Origin: Bacteroidota bacterium | GTDB taxonomy: Bacteria > Bacteroidota > Bacteroidia > M30B66 | Assembly (NCBI GenBank): GCA_027483445.1 | Contig: JAIXUS010000028.1 | Span: 3,328-67,327 of the forward strand | Direction: 5' to 3' | DNA length: 64,000 nucleotides | Part shown: piece after piece, positions 1 through 8,296 of the stretch | Layout of the letters: each line of letters opens with the position of its first letter | How positions within the stretch are numbered: position 1 is the first letter of the stretch | Notes under the pieces: model-generated | Databases searched by the model: none | What the model saw: only the letters and a program-made list of their open reading frames with translations | What the model was told of the DNA's origin: nothing | Made by a program: the position numbers and the translations under genes

Positions 1-118
1 GTACGCTGTTTTGCGCCGTTGCACTGAATGTAGTGGCGCAAAAGACTAAGCATAGTGATAACTTAAGCGTTGAAAAAGGCATGGGTGAAAGATAGGATTT
101 TCAGGGAAACGAGAGGCC

Positions 119-171
119 GCGCCCGGGATTGGAGCAAGCTACCGTGTAGCGCGGAAAGCCCGAAAAGGCGC
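119..171 (+). ncRNA. Structured intergenic element resembling the Bacteroidota Flavo-1 RNA / REP-like motif
   Basis: Nested stems GCGCC/GGCGC, CGGG/CCCG, GC/GC and GCTAC/GTAGC, with an internal loop ATTGGA / GGAAAG. The GATTG.AGC...GCGGAAAGC pattern resembles Flavo-1 as I recall it; not verified by a covariance search. Confidence 0.45.
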
Positions 172-219
172 CCCCGAAAAAATGCTTCTCAAACAACCGA
201 GACTTTTGAACAAATCGAT

Positions 220-957
220 TTAGTCGATGCGGCTGAGCGACCATGCGAAGCCTAGTGCTACGCTAAACCAACGGATGTCGCCTTTGAGATCCTCAGTGGT
301 GTAACTAATGGCTCCTCCGTCGAGGGCGACAGTTTCGGGCCTGAAGGGCGACATGAGTCCAGAATAGCCCACTTTGACGGTCATGGCGAGGTGATCTTCG
401 AAGAAGTAAAGAAAATTCACGGAAGCATCGAAGGTCCAGTCTTCGTAATTGTATTCTTCCGGTCTAGGTGGTGTATCGACTTTTCGAATTTTGCCATAAC
501 GTACCAACGATTGCCCAACTCCGAAGCTGTAATTGAAGAGCGAATACGGCGAAATCCACTGGTCGTAGCCAATTGCAATGCTTCCGGTGTACATGTTGTG
601 CGTGGTGCGGATAGGCTGGTAGATGACAATTCCGTCGATGATGAGTTCGTCGTTGAAATTTGAGGCATTACGCGCTACCTGAAAGCCGGTGTAGCGTAGG
701 TTTACCGCCGCTTTCCAGCCTTTGTAAATACCAAACCAGGCTCCGAGGTTTACATCGCCCACAGAGTAAAAGTTGTCGCGCATGGCCCGGGGACTCGTAA
801 GCAGCCCGATTCCGCCGTCGAAACGCACCGTGAAAGGGAGTTTGCGCTGTTCGGTTGGACGCTCATCGTCTTGAGCTTTCATACACAAAGGCAGGGTTAG
901 GAGCATTCCAACCAGCAGAATGCTACGAAACCCAATGCTTTTGTGTACGATTTTCAT
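220..957 (-). CDS. Putative outer-membrane beta-barrel protein
   Basis: 245 aa, N-terminal signal peptide, alternating aromatic/hydrophobic beta strands, C-terminal strand WFSVALGFAWSL. Confidence 0.7.
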   Translation of the reverse strand: MKIVHKSIGFRSILLVGMLLTLPLCMKAQDDERPTEQRKLPFTVRFDGGIGLLTSPRAMRDNFYSVGDVNLGAWFGIYKGWKAAVNLRYTGFQVARNASNFNDELIIDGIVIYQPIRTTHNMYTGSIAIGYDQWISPYSLFNYSFGVGQSLVRYGKIRKVDTPPRPEEYNYEDWTFDASVNFLYFFEDHLAMTVKVGYSGLMSPFRPETVALDGGAISYTTEDLKGDIRWFSVALGFAWSLSRID

Positions 958-963
958 GGTGTT

Positions 964-1770
964 TTATTCGACCGGTTTTACCATTGACGCGTTGATGCCC
1001 ATACTAGAGAACCCGCCATCGTGGAAAAGGTTCTGCATGGTAACCATACGTGTAAAATCGGAAAATAGTGTGATACAATAGTTGGCACAGTCGATTGCGC
1101 TGGCATTTCCAAGGGGCGACATGGTGTCGGCGTAATTGTAAAACTCTTTAAAACCGGGCACTCCGGAGCCGGCAGTGGTCCAGGTAGGCGACTGAGAAAT
1201 TGTGTTCACTCTCACTTTTTTGGCCTTACCGTAGTGATATCCGAAGCTGCGGGCAATGCTTTCGAGAAGCGCCTTGGCCTCGGCCATATCGGAATAATCG
1301 GGGAAAGTCCGCTGGGCGGCAATGTAGGAAAGCGCTACCACTGAGCCCCATTCGTTGAGTGCATCTTGTTTGTGGGCCGCCTGCAACACGCGGTGGAGCG
1401 ACATGGCCGAAACATCTAAGGTTTTGTGGAAGAAGTCGTAGTTCAAATCGGCGTATGGCCTGGCTTTACGCACGTTTGGCGACATTCCAATGGAGTGTAG
1501 CACGAAGTCGATCTTGCCTCCAAGGATTTCCTGGGCTTTCGTAAATAAATTATTGAGATCGTCGTCGACGGTGGCATCAGCAGGAATGATTTGCGCATTG
1601 CATTTTTCAGCCAGCTTGTTGATTTCGCCCATTCGCATGGCAATGGGGGCGTTGGTCAGCACGAAGCTCGCGCCTTCTTCATAAGCGCGTTCTGCGACTT
1701 TCCAGGCGATGCTCTGCTCATCGAGCGCACCGAAAATAATTCCTCTTTTTCCTTTCAGTAATTGTGTCAT
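964..1770 (-). CDS. fabI: Enoyl-ACP reductase (NADH)
   Basis: LKGKRGIIFGALDEQSIAW, DFVLHSIGMS, catalytic Y-x6-K (YSDMAEAK), RVNTISQSP; typical Bacteroidota FabI. Confidence 0.95.
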   Translation of the reverse strand: MTQLLKGKRGIIFGALDEQSIAWKVAERAYEEGASFVLTNAPIAMRMGEINKLAEKCNAQIIPADATVDDDLNNLFTKAQEILGGKIDFVLHSIGMSPNVRKARPYADLNYDFFHKTLDVSAMSLHRVLQAAHKQDALNEWGSVVALSYIAAQRTFPDYSDMAEAKALLESIARSFGYHYGKAKKVRVNTISQSPTWTTAGSGVPGFKEFYNYADTMSPLGNASAIDCANYCITLFSDFTRMVTMQNLFHDGGFSSMGINASMVKPVE

Positions 1771-1808
1771 GTTGCGAGTTATGATTCGTGGCTAAAATAG
1801 CCAATTCT

Positions 1809-3455
1809 TTATTCTTTGATTTGTAAAAGCGCTTTGGCGTTATTTCTTGCGGCTTCTGAGAGTTTTTTGCCGCTCAGCATGGCTGCAATTTCATCAATGC
1901 GTTCGTTGGCACTAAGCCTTTGAATAAGGGTTTCGGTGGTCCCTTCCCTACCCGATTTGTACACTTTGAGGTGGTCGTTTCCTTTTGAGGCAATTTGCGG
2001 CAGGTGCGTTATGCTGATGACCTGTAGTTCCTTGCCCATCTGTTGCAGTACTTCGCCCATCGATTCGGCCACTGCACCCGAAATTCCGGTATCTATCTCG
2101 TCGAAAATAATGGTGGGCAAGGCTACCGATGAGGCCATCACCTTTTTAAGCGAAAGCATCAGGCGCGAAAGTTCGCCGCCAGACGCTACCTTTCCGATTT
2201 CCTGCGGAGGCTGACCCGGATTGGCACTGAACAAGAGCTGCAAATCGTCGATTCCATCTTCCGACAGCGCTTTGTCGCTCCACTCAAACGAAAGCTCGGC
2301 CCTGGGCATGCCCATGCGGTGCAATAATTTCATGACCCTTTCGGCGATGGCCGCAGATTCCGACCTTCGTAGTTTCGACAACTGCTTAGCCAGATGTATG
2401 GCCTGGTTGAGCTCCAGTTGCATTTGTGCTTCCAATTCAGCGATTCGGACTTCAAGCGAGCCGGCGTCGGTAAGTCGGGACTTCAGTTCATCGCGAAGCC
2501 TGAGCAAGGCCTGTTCATCGGCACAACGGTGCTTTTGTAGTAGTCTGTTAATTAAATCAATACGCTGCTCTACGTGAAGCAATCGGTTCGGATTGACTTC
2601 TACCTTTTGTAGCGCGGCTTCCATTTCGAAGAGCAGGTCTTTCCACTCTACATTCCAAGCCTGGAGTCGTTCTACGAGGCTATCGAGCGATATGCTGTAG
2701 CGTTGGGCTTGTTTAACCTGATGCGTGCAGCGCTGAATGAGGGCTGTAATGCCTTCATTTTCAGCATCGGCAGTTTGTAAGGCCTGACCAAGGGCATCTC
2801 GAATTTCGCCGGCGTGGGTGAGTGCTTTAAACTCATCTTCAAGTGCCGGAAGCTCATTTTCTTGCAAGGCGGCTTCGTCGAGTTCCTGCACTTGAAATTC
2901 GAGGTAATCTTTCTCCTGCCGAATTCGCAGCTCTTGTTCCTGCAGTGCTTTAAGCTGACGAGCGGTTTCGCGGTATTTCAAGAAGGCCGATTGGTATTCG
3001 GGCAAAATGCGGAGGGCTCCCGATGGACCATCAATCAGTTTTAGGCGAAAGCCTGATTGGTGCAACAGCAGCGTGTCGTGTTGCGAGTGGATATCGACCA
3101 GTAAATTGCCCAAACTCCGCATTTGTTGGAGGTTTACCGGTGTATCGTTGATGAATGCACGGGTTTTTCCGGCCGTACCGAGTTCGCGCCGAAGTATGCA
3201 TTGGGTGTCGTAATCGAGGTCGTTGTCCTGAAAAAACTGCTTAAGGCCTGAATGATTCAGCTCAAATTCGGCTTCGAGGATGCACTTTTCGCGAAACTGT
3301 CCTTCTGCCCGACCGCCCAATAACAAGCCAATGGCGCCAAGGAGAATGGATTTCCCGGCACCGGTTTCTCCGGTTATAATGGTAAGCCCAGACCTAAAAT
3401 CGAGTTCCAGCTCACGAATGAGGGCGTAATTGCGAATGCTCAGGCGTTGCAGCAT
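1809..3455 (-). CDS. recN: DNA repair protein RecN
   Basis: Walker A TGETGAGKS, VDIHSQH, coiled coil, signature ASGGELSR, FDEIDTGISG, ITHLPQIA. Confidence 0.97.
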   Translation of the reverse strand: MLQRLSIRNYALIRELELDFRSGLTIITGETGAGKSILLGAIGLLLGGRAEGQFREKCILEAEFELNHSGLKQFFQDNDLDYDTQCILRRELGTAGKTRAFINDTPVNLQQMRSLGNLLVDIHSQHDTLLLHQSGFRLKLIDGPSGALRILPEYQSAFLKYRETARQLKALQEQELRIRQEKDYLEFQVQELDEAALQENELPALEDEFKALTHAGEIRDALGQALQTADAENEGITALIQRCTHQVKQAQRYSISLDSLVERLQAWNVEWKDLLFEMEAALQKVEVNPNRLLHVEQRIDLINRLLQKHRCADEQALLRLRDELKSRLTDAGSLEVRIAELEAQMQLELNQAIHLAKQLSKLRRSESAAIAERVMKLLHRMGMPRAELSFEWSDKALSEDGIDDLQLLFSANPGQPPQEIGKVASGGELSRLMLSLKKVMASSVALPTIIFDEIDTGISGAVAESMGEVLQQMGKELQVISITHLPQIASKGNDHLKVYKSGREGTTETLIQRLSANERIDEIAAMLSGKKLSEAARNNAKALLQIKE

Positions 3456-3459
3456 GCTA

Positions 3460-3467
3460 CAAAAGTA
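3460..3467 (-). promoter_or_regulatory. Bacteroidota sigma-A -7 element (TACTTTTG) of recN
   Basis: Exact TAnnTTTG match 4 nt upstream of the recN ATG. Confidence 0.6.
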
Positions 3468-3518
3468 AGCGGCCTGTCATCCGCCAACAAGGCGGGCAAA
3501 CAGTAATTTATAGACATA

Positions 3519-3540
3519 TCTGTTAACAACTCTGTGAACA
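3519..3540. repeat. Direct repeat TCTGT(T/G)AACA x2 with 12-bp period in the recN / AlbA_2 divergent intergenic region; candidate operator or degenerate DnaA-box pair
   Basis: TCTGTTAACA (3519-3528) and TCTGTGAACA (3531-3540), 9/10 identical. Confidence 0.4.
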
Positions 3541-3583
3541 GCGGTAGACAAAGGGCGACATGCTTCGTATTAACTTGCGCCCG

Positions 3584-4216
3584 GTGAATCCGATTATCCA
3601 CAAAACACTGCTCGGCGAGAGCCAAACGCTGGAGTTCAAATTCGAATTGAATTCGGCCCGGCGTATTGCGGCTACCTTGTCGGCTTTTTCGAATACCGAC
3701 GGCGGAACTTTGTTGATTGGCGTGAAAGACAATGGGCACATTGCCGGCGTGCGTGCCGAGGAGGAATTGTATGTGCTGGAAGCCGCGGCAGAATTGTATT
3801 GTAAGCCAAAGGTGGAGACTGAAATCAGGCGTTGGGAAGTTGAAGGCAAAGTGGTGTTGGAGGTCGTAATCAAAGCCTCTGAGGCGCGACCGGTAAAGGC
3901 CGAAAGTACGGAGGGCGACTGGAAAGCCTGGGTGCGGTATGGGGCATCAAACCGCTTGGCCAGTCCTGTTCACCTCGAACTGTGGAAGATGCAGTTTACC
4001 CGCGAAAAGCCCTCGGTTTACTCCACAAAAGAGCAAAAGCTGCTGGAGGCACTCAGGCAAAAGTCGTGGCTCAGCCTCAATCAGGCCGCCAAACTCACCC
4101 GAATTCCACGACAGGCTATTGTGCGCACCATGGCCAGCTTTGTTCGATGGGAGCTTGCAGAAATGCTTGTAGATGAGGGCGGTAGTTTTGTTTTTTCCCT
4201 TCGGGAGGATGACTAA
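3584..4216 (+). CDS. Schlafen/AlbA_2-domain protein with a C-terminal winged-HTH-like region
   Basis: GESQTLEFK and SAFSNTDGGTLLIGVKDNG are AlbA_2 hallmarks. GTG start at 3584 is preferred because it follows TAACTTG; the alternative is ATG 3560. Confidence 0.85.
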   Translation: MNPIIHKTLLGESQTLEFKFELNSARRIAATLSAFSNTDGGTLLIGVKDNGHIAGVRAEEELYVLEAAAELYCKPKVETEIRRWEVEGKVVLEVVIKASEARPVKAESTEGDWKAWVRYGASNRLASPVHLELWKMQFTREKPSVYSTKEQKLLEALRQKSWLSLNQAAKLTRIPRQAIVRTMASFVRWELAEMLVDEGGSFVFSLREDD

Positions 4217-4368
4217 ATCCAATTGCTCATAATGCTGTGGCACTGCCCAGAACGACACTTCGACTCCTGGTAGATTAAGGCGGCAGTTTTGTTTTTCCCT
4301 TCGGGAGGATGACAAAACTAAATGCCTATGGTGCTGTTGTATTGCCCATGAAAACCCTTCGACTTGTT
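4169..4368 (+). repeat. Imperfect ~100-bp tandem duplication spanning the AlbA_2 stop, the spacer and the photolyase start
   Basis: Copy 1 (4169-4269) and copy 2 (4270-~4368) share GTAGAT..GGCGG.AGTTTTGTTTTTCCCTTCGGGAGGATGAC.AAA...TGCTGT...TGCCCA...CTTCGACT. Confidence 0.85.
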
Positions 4369-5880
4369 TTAGGTGATCAGCTCAATGCGCATCATTCCTG
4401 GTATCGTGAAGTTAATCCAGACGTGCTGTATGTGCTGATGGAAATGCGACAGGAAGCGGAATACGTGCAGCATCACGTGCAGAAACTCGTGGGGTTTTTC
4501 GCGGCCATGCGCCAGTTTGCAGAAGCCTTGCAAGGCTCAGGACATCAAGTCGTGTATTTTCGATTTGGCAACGAGGCAAACACAGGAATTTTGGATGAGA
4601 ATCTGCGACACCTCATTGCAAAACATACTATTGAACGCTTTGAATATCAGCTTCCTGACGAGTACAGGCTCGATGAACAATTGAAGGCCTTTTGTGCTTC
4701 ACTGTCGATTCCTTCAAGCGCTTGCGACACTGAACATTTTCTCACCACGAGAACCGAATTGGGAGAACTCTTTGCGGGTAAAAAGCAGTTTCTCATGGAG
4801 ACCTTTTACCGTGCCATGCGGAAAAAATACGGTATTCTCATGCAAGGACCTGAGCCGGTGGGCGGTAAGTGGAATTTCGATCACGACAACCGTTCGAGCT
4901 ACGATGGTAAAGTGGGCATTCCCACGCGTTTTCCGGTGTCGAATCAGGTGGCCGAAGTTTTGGCTGAAATTGAAGCCTTAAACATTCCTCGTTTTGGGGA
5001 AATTGATGCGGCAAACTTCATCTGGCCGCTCAACCGTGAGCAGGCCATGCTTGTGTTGGATGACTTTGTGAGTAAGCGTTTGCCCTGGTTTGGAACCTAT
5101 CAGGATGCGTTGTACACGGGCGATGCCTTCATGTTTCACTCGCGGCTTTCTTTCGCCTTGAATACCAAGCTGATACACCCTCTGGAAGTTGTGCAGGCAA
5201 GTATTCAAGCCTGGGAAGCCGACCCGGAACGCATCACCTTGAACCAGCTCGAAGGATTTATCAGACAGATTATTGGTTGGCGCGAATACATGCGGGGCAT
5301 TTATTGGCTAAAAATGCCTGATTATGCGGGCTTAAACTTCTTTGAAAACGACCGAAAGCTGCCTGAGTGGTTCTGGACCGGAAAAACTCGGATGCGCTGT
5401 ATGCAAAAAGCCATCGGGCAAAGCCTCGAGCATGCCTATGCACACCACATACAGCGCTTAATGGTTACCGGTAATTTTGCTTTGTTGGCTGGTATTCATC
5501 CCGACGAAGTAGACCGCTGGTATTTAGGCATTTACATTGATGCCATTGAATGGGTGGAGATTACAAACACCCGGGGAATGAGTCAGTTTGCCGATGGCGG
5601 AATTGTGGGTTCAAAGCCCTATTGCAGCAGTGCCGCCTACATTAACAAGATGGGCAACTACTGCGATGGTTGTTATTACAGCCACAAGGAGAAATTCGGT
5701 GAAAGGGCATGTCCGTTTAACACACTATACTGGCATTTTCACGTGCGCCACAGGGAAAAGCTGGAGCGAAATCCGCGCATTGGCATGATGTACAAAACCT
5801 GGGACAAAATGGCGCCCGAGCAGCAAGAAGCGATTTTGGAAAAGGCGGAACAGGTGCTGAATAGCATTGAAAAATTGTAA
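4348..5880 (+). CDS. Iron-sulfur cryptochrome/(6-4) photolyase (FeS-BCP, PhrB/CryB type)
   Basis: MKTLRLVLGDQL start, GGKWNFDHDNR, EGFIRQIIGWREY, YAHHIQRLMVTGNF, four Cys ligands (RMRC, YCDGC, ACPF). Confidence 0.93.
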   Translation: MKTLRLVLGDQLNAHHSWYREVNPDVLYVLMEMRQEAEYVQHHVQKLVGFFAAMRQFAEALQGSGHQVVYFRFGNEANTGILDENLRHLIAKHTIERFEYQLPDEYRLDEQLKAFCASLSIPSSACDTEHFLTTRTELGELFAGKKQFLMETFYRAMRKKYGILMQGPEPVGGKWNFDHDNRSSYDGKVGIPTRFPVSNQVAEVLAEIEALNIPRFGEIDAANFIWPLNREQAMLVLDDFVSKRLPWFGTYQDALYTGDAFMFHSRLSFALNTKLIHPLEVVQASIQAWEADPERITLNQLEGFIRQIIGWREYMRGIYWLKMPDYAGLNFFENDRKLPEWFWTGKTRMRCMQKAIGQSLEHAYAHHIQRLMVTGNFALLAGIHPDEVDRWYLGIYIDAIEWVEITNTRGMSQFADGGIVGSKPYCSSAAYINKMGNYCDGCYYSHKEKFGERACPFNTLYWHFHVRHREKLERNPRIGMMYKTWDKMAPEQQEAILEKAEQVLNSIEKL

Positions 5881-5924
5881 TTCAAACATAACGTTTAGGC
5901 TGAAAAACAGTGCTATATTGCCCC

Positions 5925-8231
5925 ATGTTCAAGTCACTGGGAAAATACTTTTCAGCCTACTTCATTAGCTTAACAGCCGCAGCCGCAGTTATCTACTACT
6001 TCATTATCTCCGGAAACACGTTAAAACCTGAGCTGCAGGCGATAAAGGACGTCGCTGACAAGGTACCGGCAAACCTGAATGATTTAACGCAGGTCATCGA
6101 AGAGAACTTTCACCATCCATTACCGATTTTGATCGTTCAAATCATCGCCATCATTGGTATTGCCCGTTTTTTAGGATTGCTCTTTTCAAAACTTGGTCAG
6201 CCGGGAGTGATTGGCGAAATTCTCGCCGGTATTATCCTCGGTCCATCTGTCTTGGGAGCCTATTTTCCCGAGTTATCACTTTCGCTCTTTCCAACGGGTT
6301 CGCTTGGGAATCTTCAGGTATTGAGTCAGATTGGTTTGATACTCTTCATGTTCGTAATTGGCATGGAGCTCGATATTTCGGTGATTAAGAGCAAAGCAAA
6401 AGACGCCATTTTTATTTCACACATCAGCATTGTGGTACCTTTTACGTTGGGGGTCGTTTTAGCTTTTTACACCTTTACCGAATTTGCTCCCGAGCAGGTA
6501 CCGTTTATATCATTCGCCCTATTCATGGGCATTTCGATGAGTATCACCGCCTTCCCTGTTTTGGCCAGAATTATTCAGGAAAGAGGGCTTACCCGAACCA
6601 AGCTTGGAACCATTGCCATTACAAGTGCTGCTGTTGACGATGTTACCGCCTGGTGCCTCCTGGCCGTGGTTATTGCCATTGTAAAGGCTGGTTCGGTGAA
6701 TTCAGCTTTACTCACCATTGGACTTTCGTTGGTGTATGTGATGTTCATGTGGTACCTCCTGCGTCCGTTTTTGCAACGATTGGGAAGCATCTACAACAAT
6801 CGGGAAAGCATTTCGCGCGGTTTGATTGCGGCCGTTCTTCTGATGCTTTTAGGATCTGCCTGGGCAACAGAAGTTATTGGTATTCACGCCCTTTTCGGTG
6901 CTTTTCTCGCAGGAGTGGTGATGCCTGATTCACTGAATTTCCGAAAAATCATGATCGACAAGCTCGAAGATGTAGCGGTAGTGCTCCTTCTGCCCTTATT
7001 TTTCGTATTCACCGGACTTCGTACTGAAATTGGTTTACTGAATAGCCAAGAACTCTGGCTAATGTGCCTTTTGGTAATTGGCGTTGCCACAGTTGGGAAG
7101 TTTATGGGCTCGGGCCTTGCCGCTTTGTTTGTGGGACAAAGCCTGAAAGACAGTTTGTCGATTGGCGCCTTGATGAATACAAGAGGCCTAATGGAGCTTA
7201 TTGTGCTCAACATTGGCTACGATCTTGGCATTCTAAGTCCACAAATGTTTGCCATGCTGGTGTTGATGGCCTTGGTAACCACCTTTACTACCGGTCCAAT
7301 GCTCAGCCTGATCAACTGGGGCTTTCGAGAAAGGTACATACAGCCGGCCATTCAGCCCGTTGTGGAAGATAAAAAGTCGGCCTTTAACGTGCTGATTTCA
7401 TTCGGCCTCGCTACATCAGGACGAAAGCTTCTCAAGCTAGCGCATCAGCTCTATGGCGGAAACCCGGCAAAAGTGAACATGTCGGCCGTACACGTTACCC
7501 TGAGCGCCGACGTGAGTATGATGAATGTCGAAGAGTTTGAACGTCAAAGCTTTAAGCCTATTCGTTCAGAAGCTGAAAAGCTCAATATTCCGCTCGAGAC
7601 ACATTACAGACTTACTACCGATCTTCATCGTGAGGTGAATGCCATCGCCGAAAGGGAAAATACGCGTTTACTGATTGTTGGTGCCGGACAATCGCTTTAC
7701 ACAGGTTCTCTTTTGGGCAATCTTGTTGGCGTTACCAAGGCGCTTTCGCCTGAAAACCTGCTCGACACCATCACAGGTCAACGGCCGCTTTTGCCTTCAA
7801 ACGATTTAATCGACGAAAAGGCCAGGGTTTTCCTCAACGAAACAAACTGTGATGTAGCGGTGCTGCTCGACCGTGACTTTAGCGATTCGAAGACGATTTT
7901 TGTGCCGGTATTCGCGCACGACGATATCTTTCTATTGGATTACGCCCAAAAGTTCATCGAAAACAACAGCTCATTTGTTGTAGTAGCCGATACCACCCAG
8001 CTCATGGAAAGGGGCTCAGGCTTGCAAGACCGCTTTGATTCCATCTGTAAATCCTGCGCCGGAAAAATTTCGATGCTTCAGGAACGCACCATTCAAAAAG
8101 AATTTCTCAACCGTCAGGAACTGATGCTCGTGAGCTACAAGAGTTGGAAAGCCCTCACCGAGAGCAAAAGCCTATGGCTGGAGCACATACCGAGCGTACT
8201 GGTCATTCGTCCAACCGCTCAAATTAGCTAA
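5925..8231 (+). CDS. CPA2-family cation:proton antiporter (CHX/Kha1-like) with a C-terminal USP-like cytoplasmic domain
   Basis: QPGVIGEILAGIILGPS, SITAFPVLARI, AAVDDVTAW, LMNTRGLMELIVLNIG; roughly a dozen TM helices. Confidence 0.92.
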   Translation: MFKSLGKYFSAYFISLTAAAAVIYYFIISGNTLKPELQAIKDVADKVPANLNDLTQVIEENFHHPLPILIVQIIAIIGIARFLGLLFSKLGQPGVIGEILAGIILGPSVLGAYFPELSLSLFPTGSLGNLQVLSQIGLILFMFVIGMELDISVIKSKAKDAIFISHISIVVPFTLGVVLAFYTFTEFAPEQVPFISFALFMGISMSITAFPVLARIIQERGLTRTKLGTIAITSAAVDDVTAWCLLAVVIAIVKAGSVNSALLTIGLSLVYVMFMWYLLRPFLQRLGSIYNNRESISRGLIAAVLLMLLGSAWATEVIGIHALFGAFLAGVVMPDSLNFRKIMIDKLEDVAVVLLLPLFFVFTGLRTEIGLLNSQELWLMCLLVIGVATVGKFMGSGLAALFVGQSLKDSLSIGALMNTRGLMELIVLNIGYDLGILSPQMFAMLVLMALVTTFTTGPMLSLINWGFRERYIQPAIQPVVEDKKSAFNVLISFGLATSGRKLLKLAHQLYGGNPAKVNMSAVHVTLSADVSMMNVEEFERQSFKPIRSEAEKLNIPLETHYRLTTDLHREVNAIAERENTRLLIVGAGQSLYTGSLLGNLVGVTKALSPENLLDTITGQRPLLPSNDLIDEKARVFLNETNCDVAVLLDRDFSDSKTIFVPVFAHDDIFLLDYAQKFIENNSSFVVVADTTQLMERGSGLQDRFDSICKSCAGKISMLQERTIQKEFLNRQELMLVSYKSWKALTESKSLWLEHIPSVLVIRPTAQIS

Positions 8232-8296
8232 TTTCTCATCATTGAACGCTTTGCGCCTGAACGAATACAGCGCGGCGTTCTTCACGTTAAGATTTC

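Noticed and set aside
1-53. Possible minus-strand gene start (MLSLLRHYIQCNGAKQR...) running off the window edge
   Set aside because: Only 17 codons are visible and there is no recognisable motif
70-255. 61-aa plus-strand ORF
   Set aside because: TTG start, overlaps the structured element and the OMP 3' end, no motif; likely spurious
4309-4347. N-terminal extension of the photolyase ORF
   Set aside because: The ATG comes from the duplicated AlbA_2 3' end; the family-typical start is MKTLRLVLGDQL at 4348
4169-4368. The two repeats read as a mini-CRISPR array
   Set aside because: The apparent spacer is itself part of the duplicated unit, there are only two copies, and no cas genes are present
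8243-8280. Imperfect hairpin GAACGC...GCGTTC between the antiporter and YCF48 genes
   Set aside because: Bulged stem with no clear U tract; function cannot be supported
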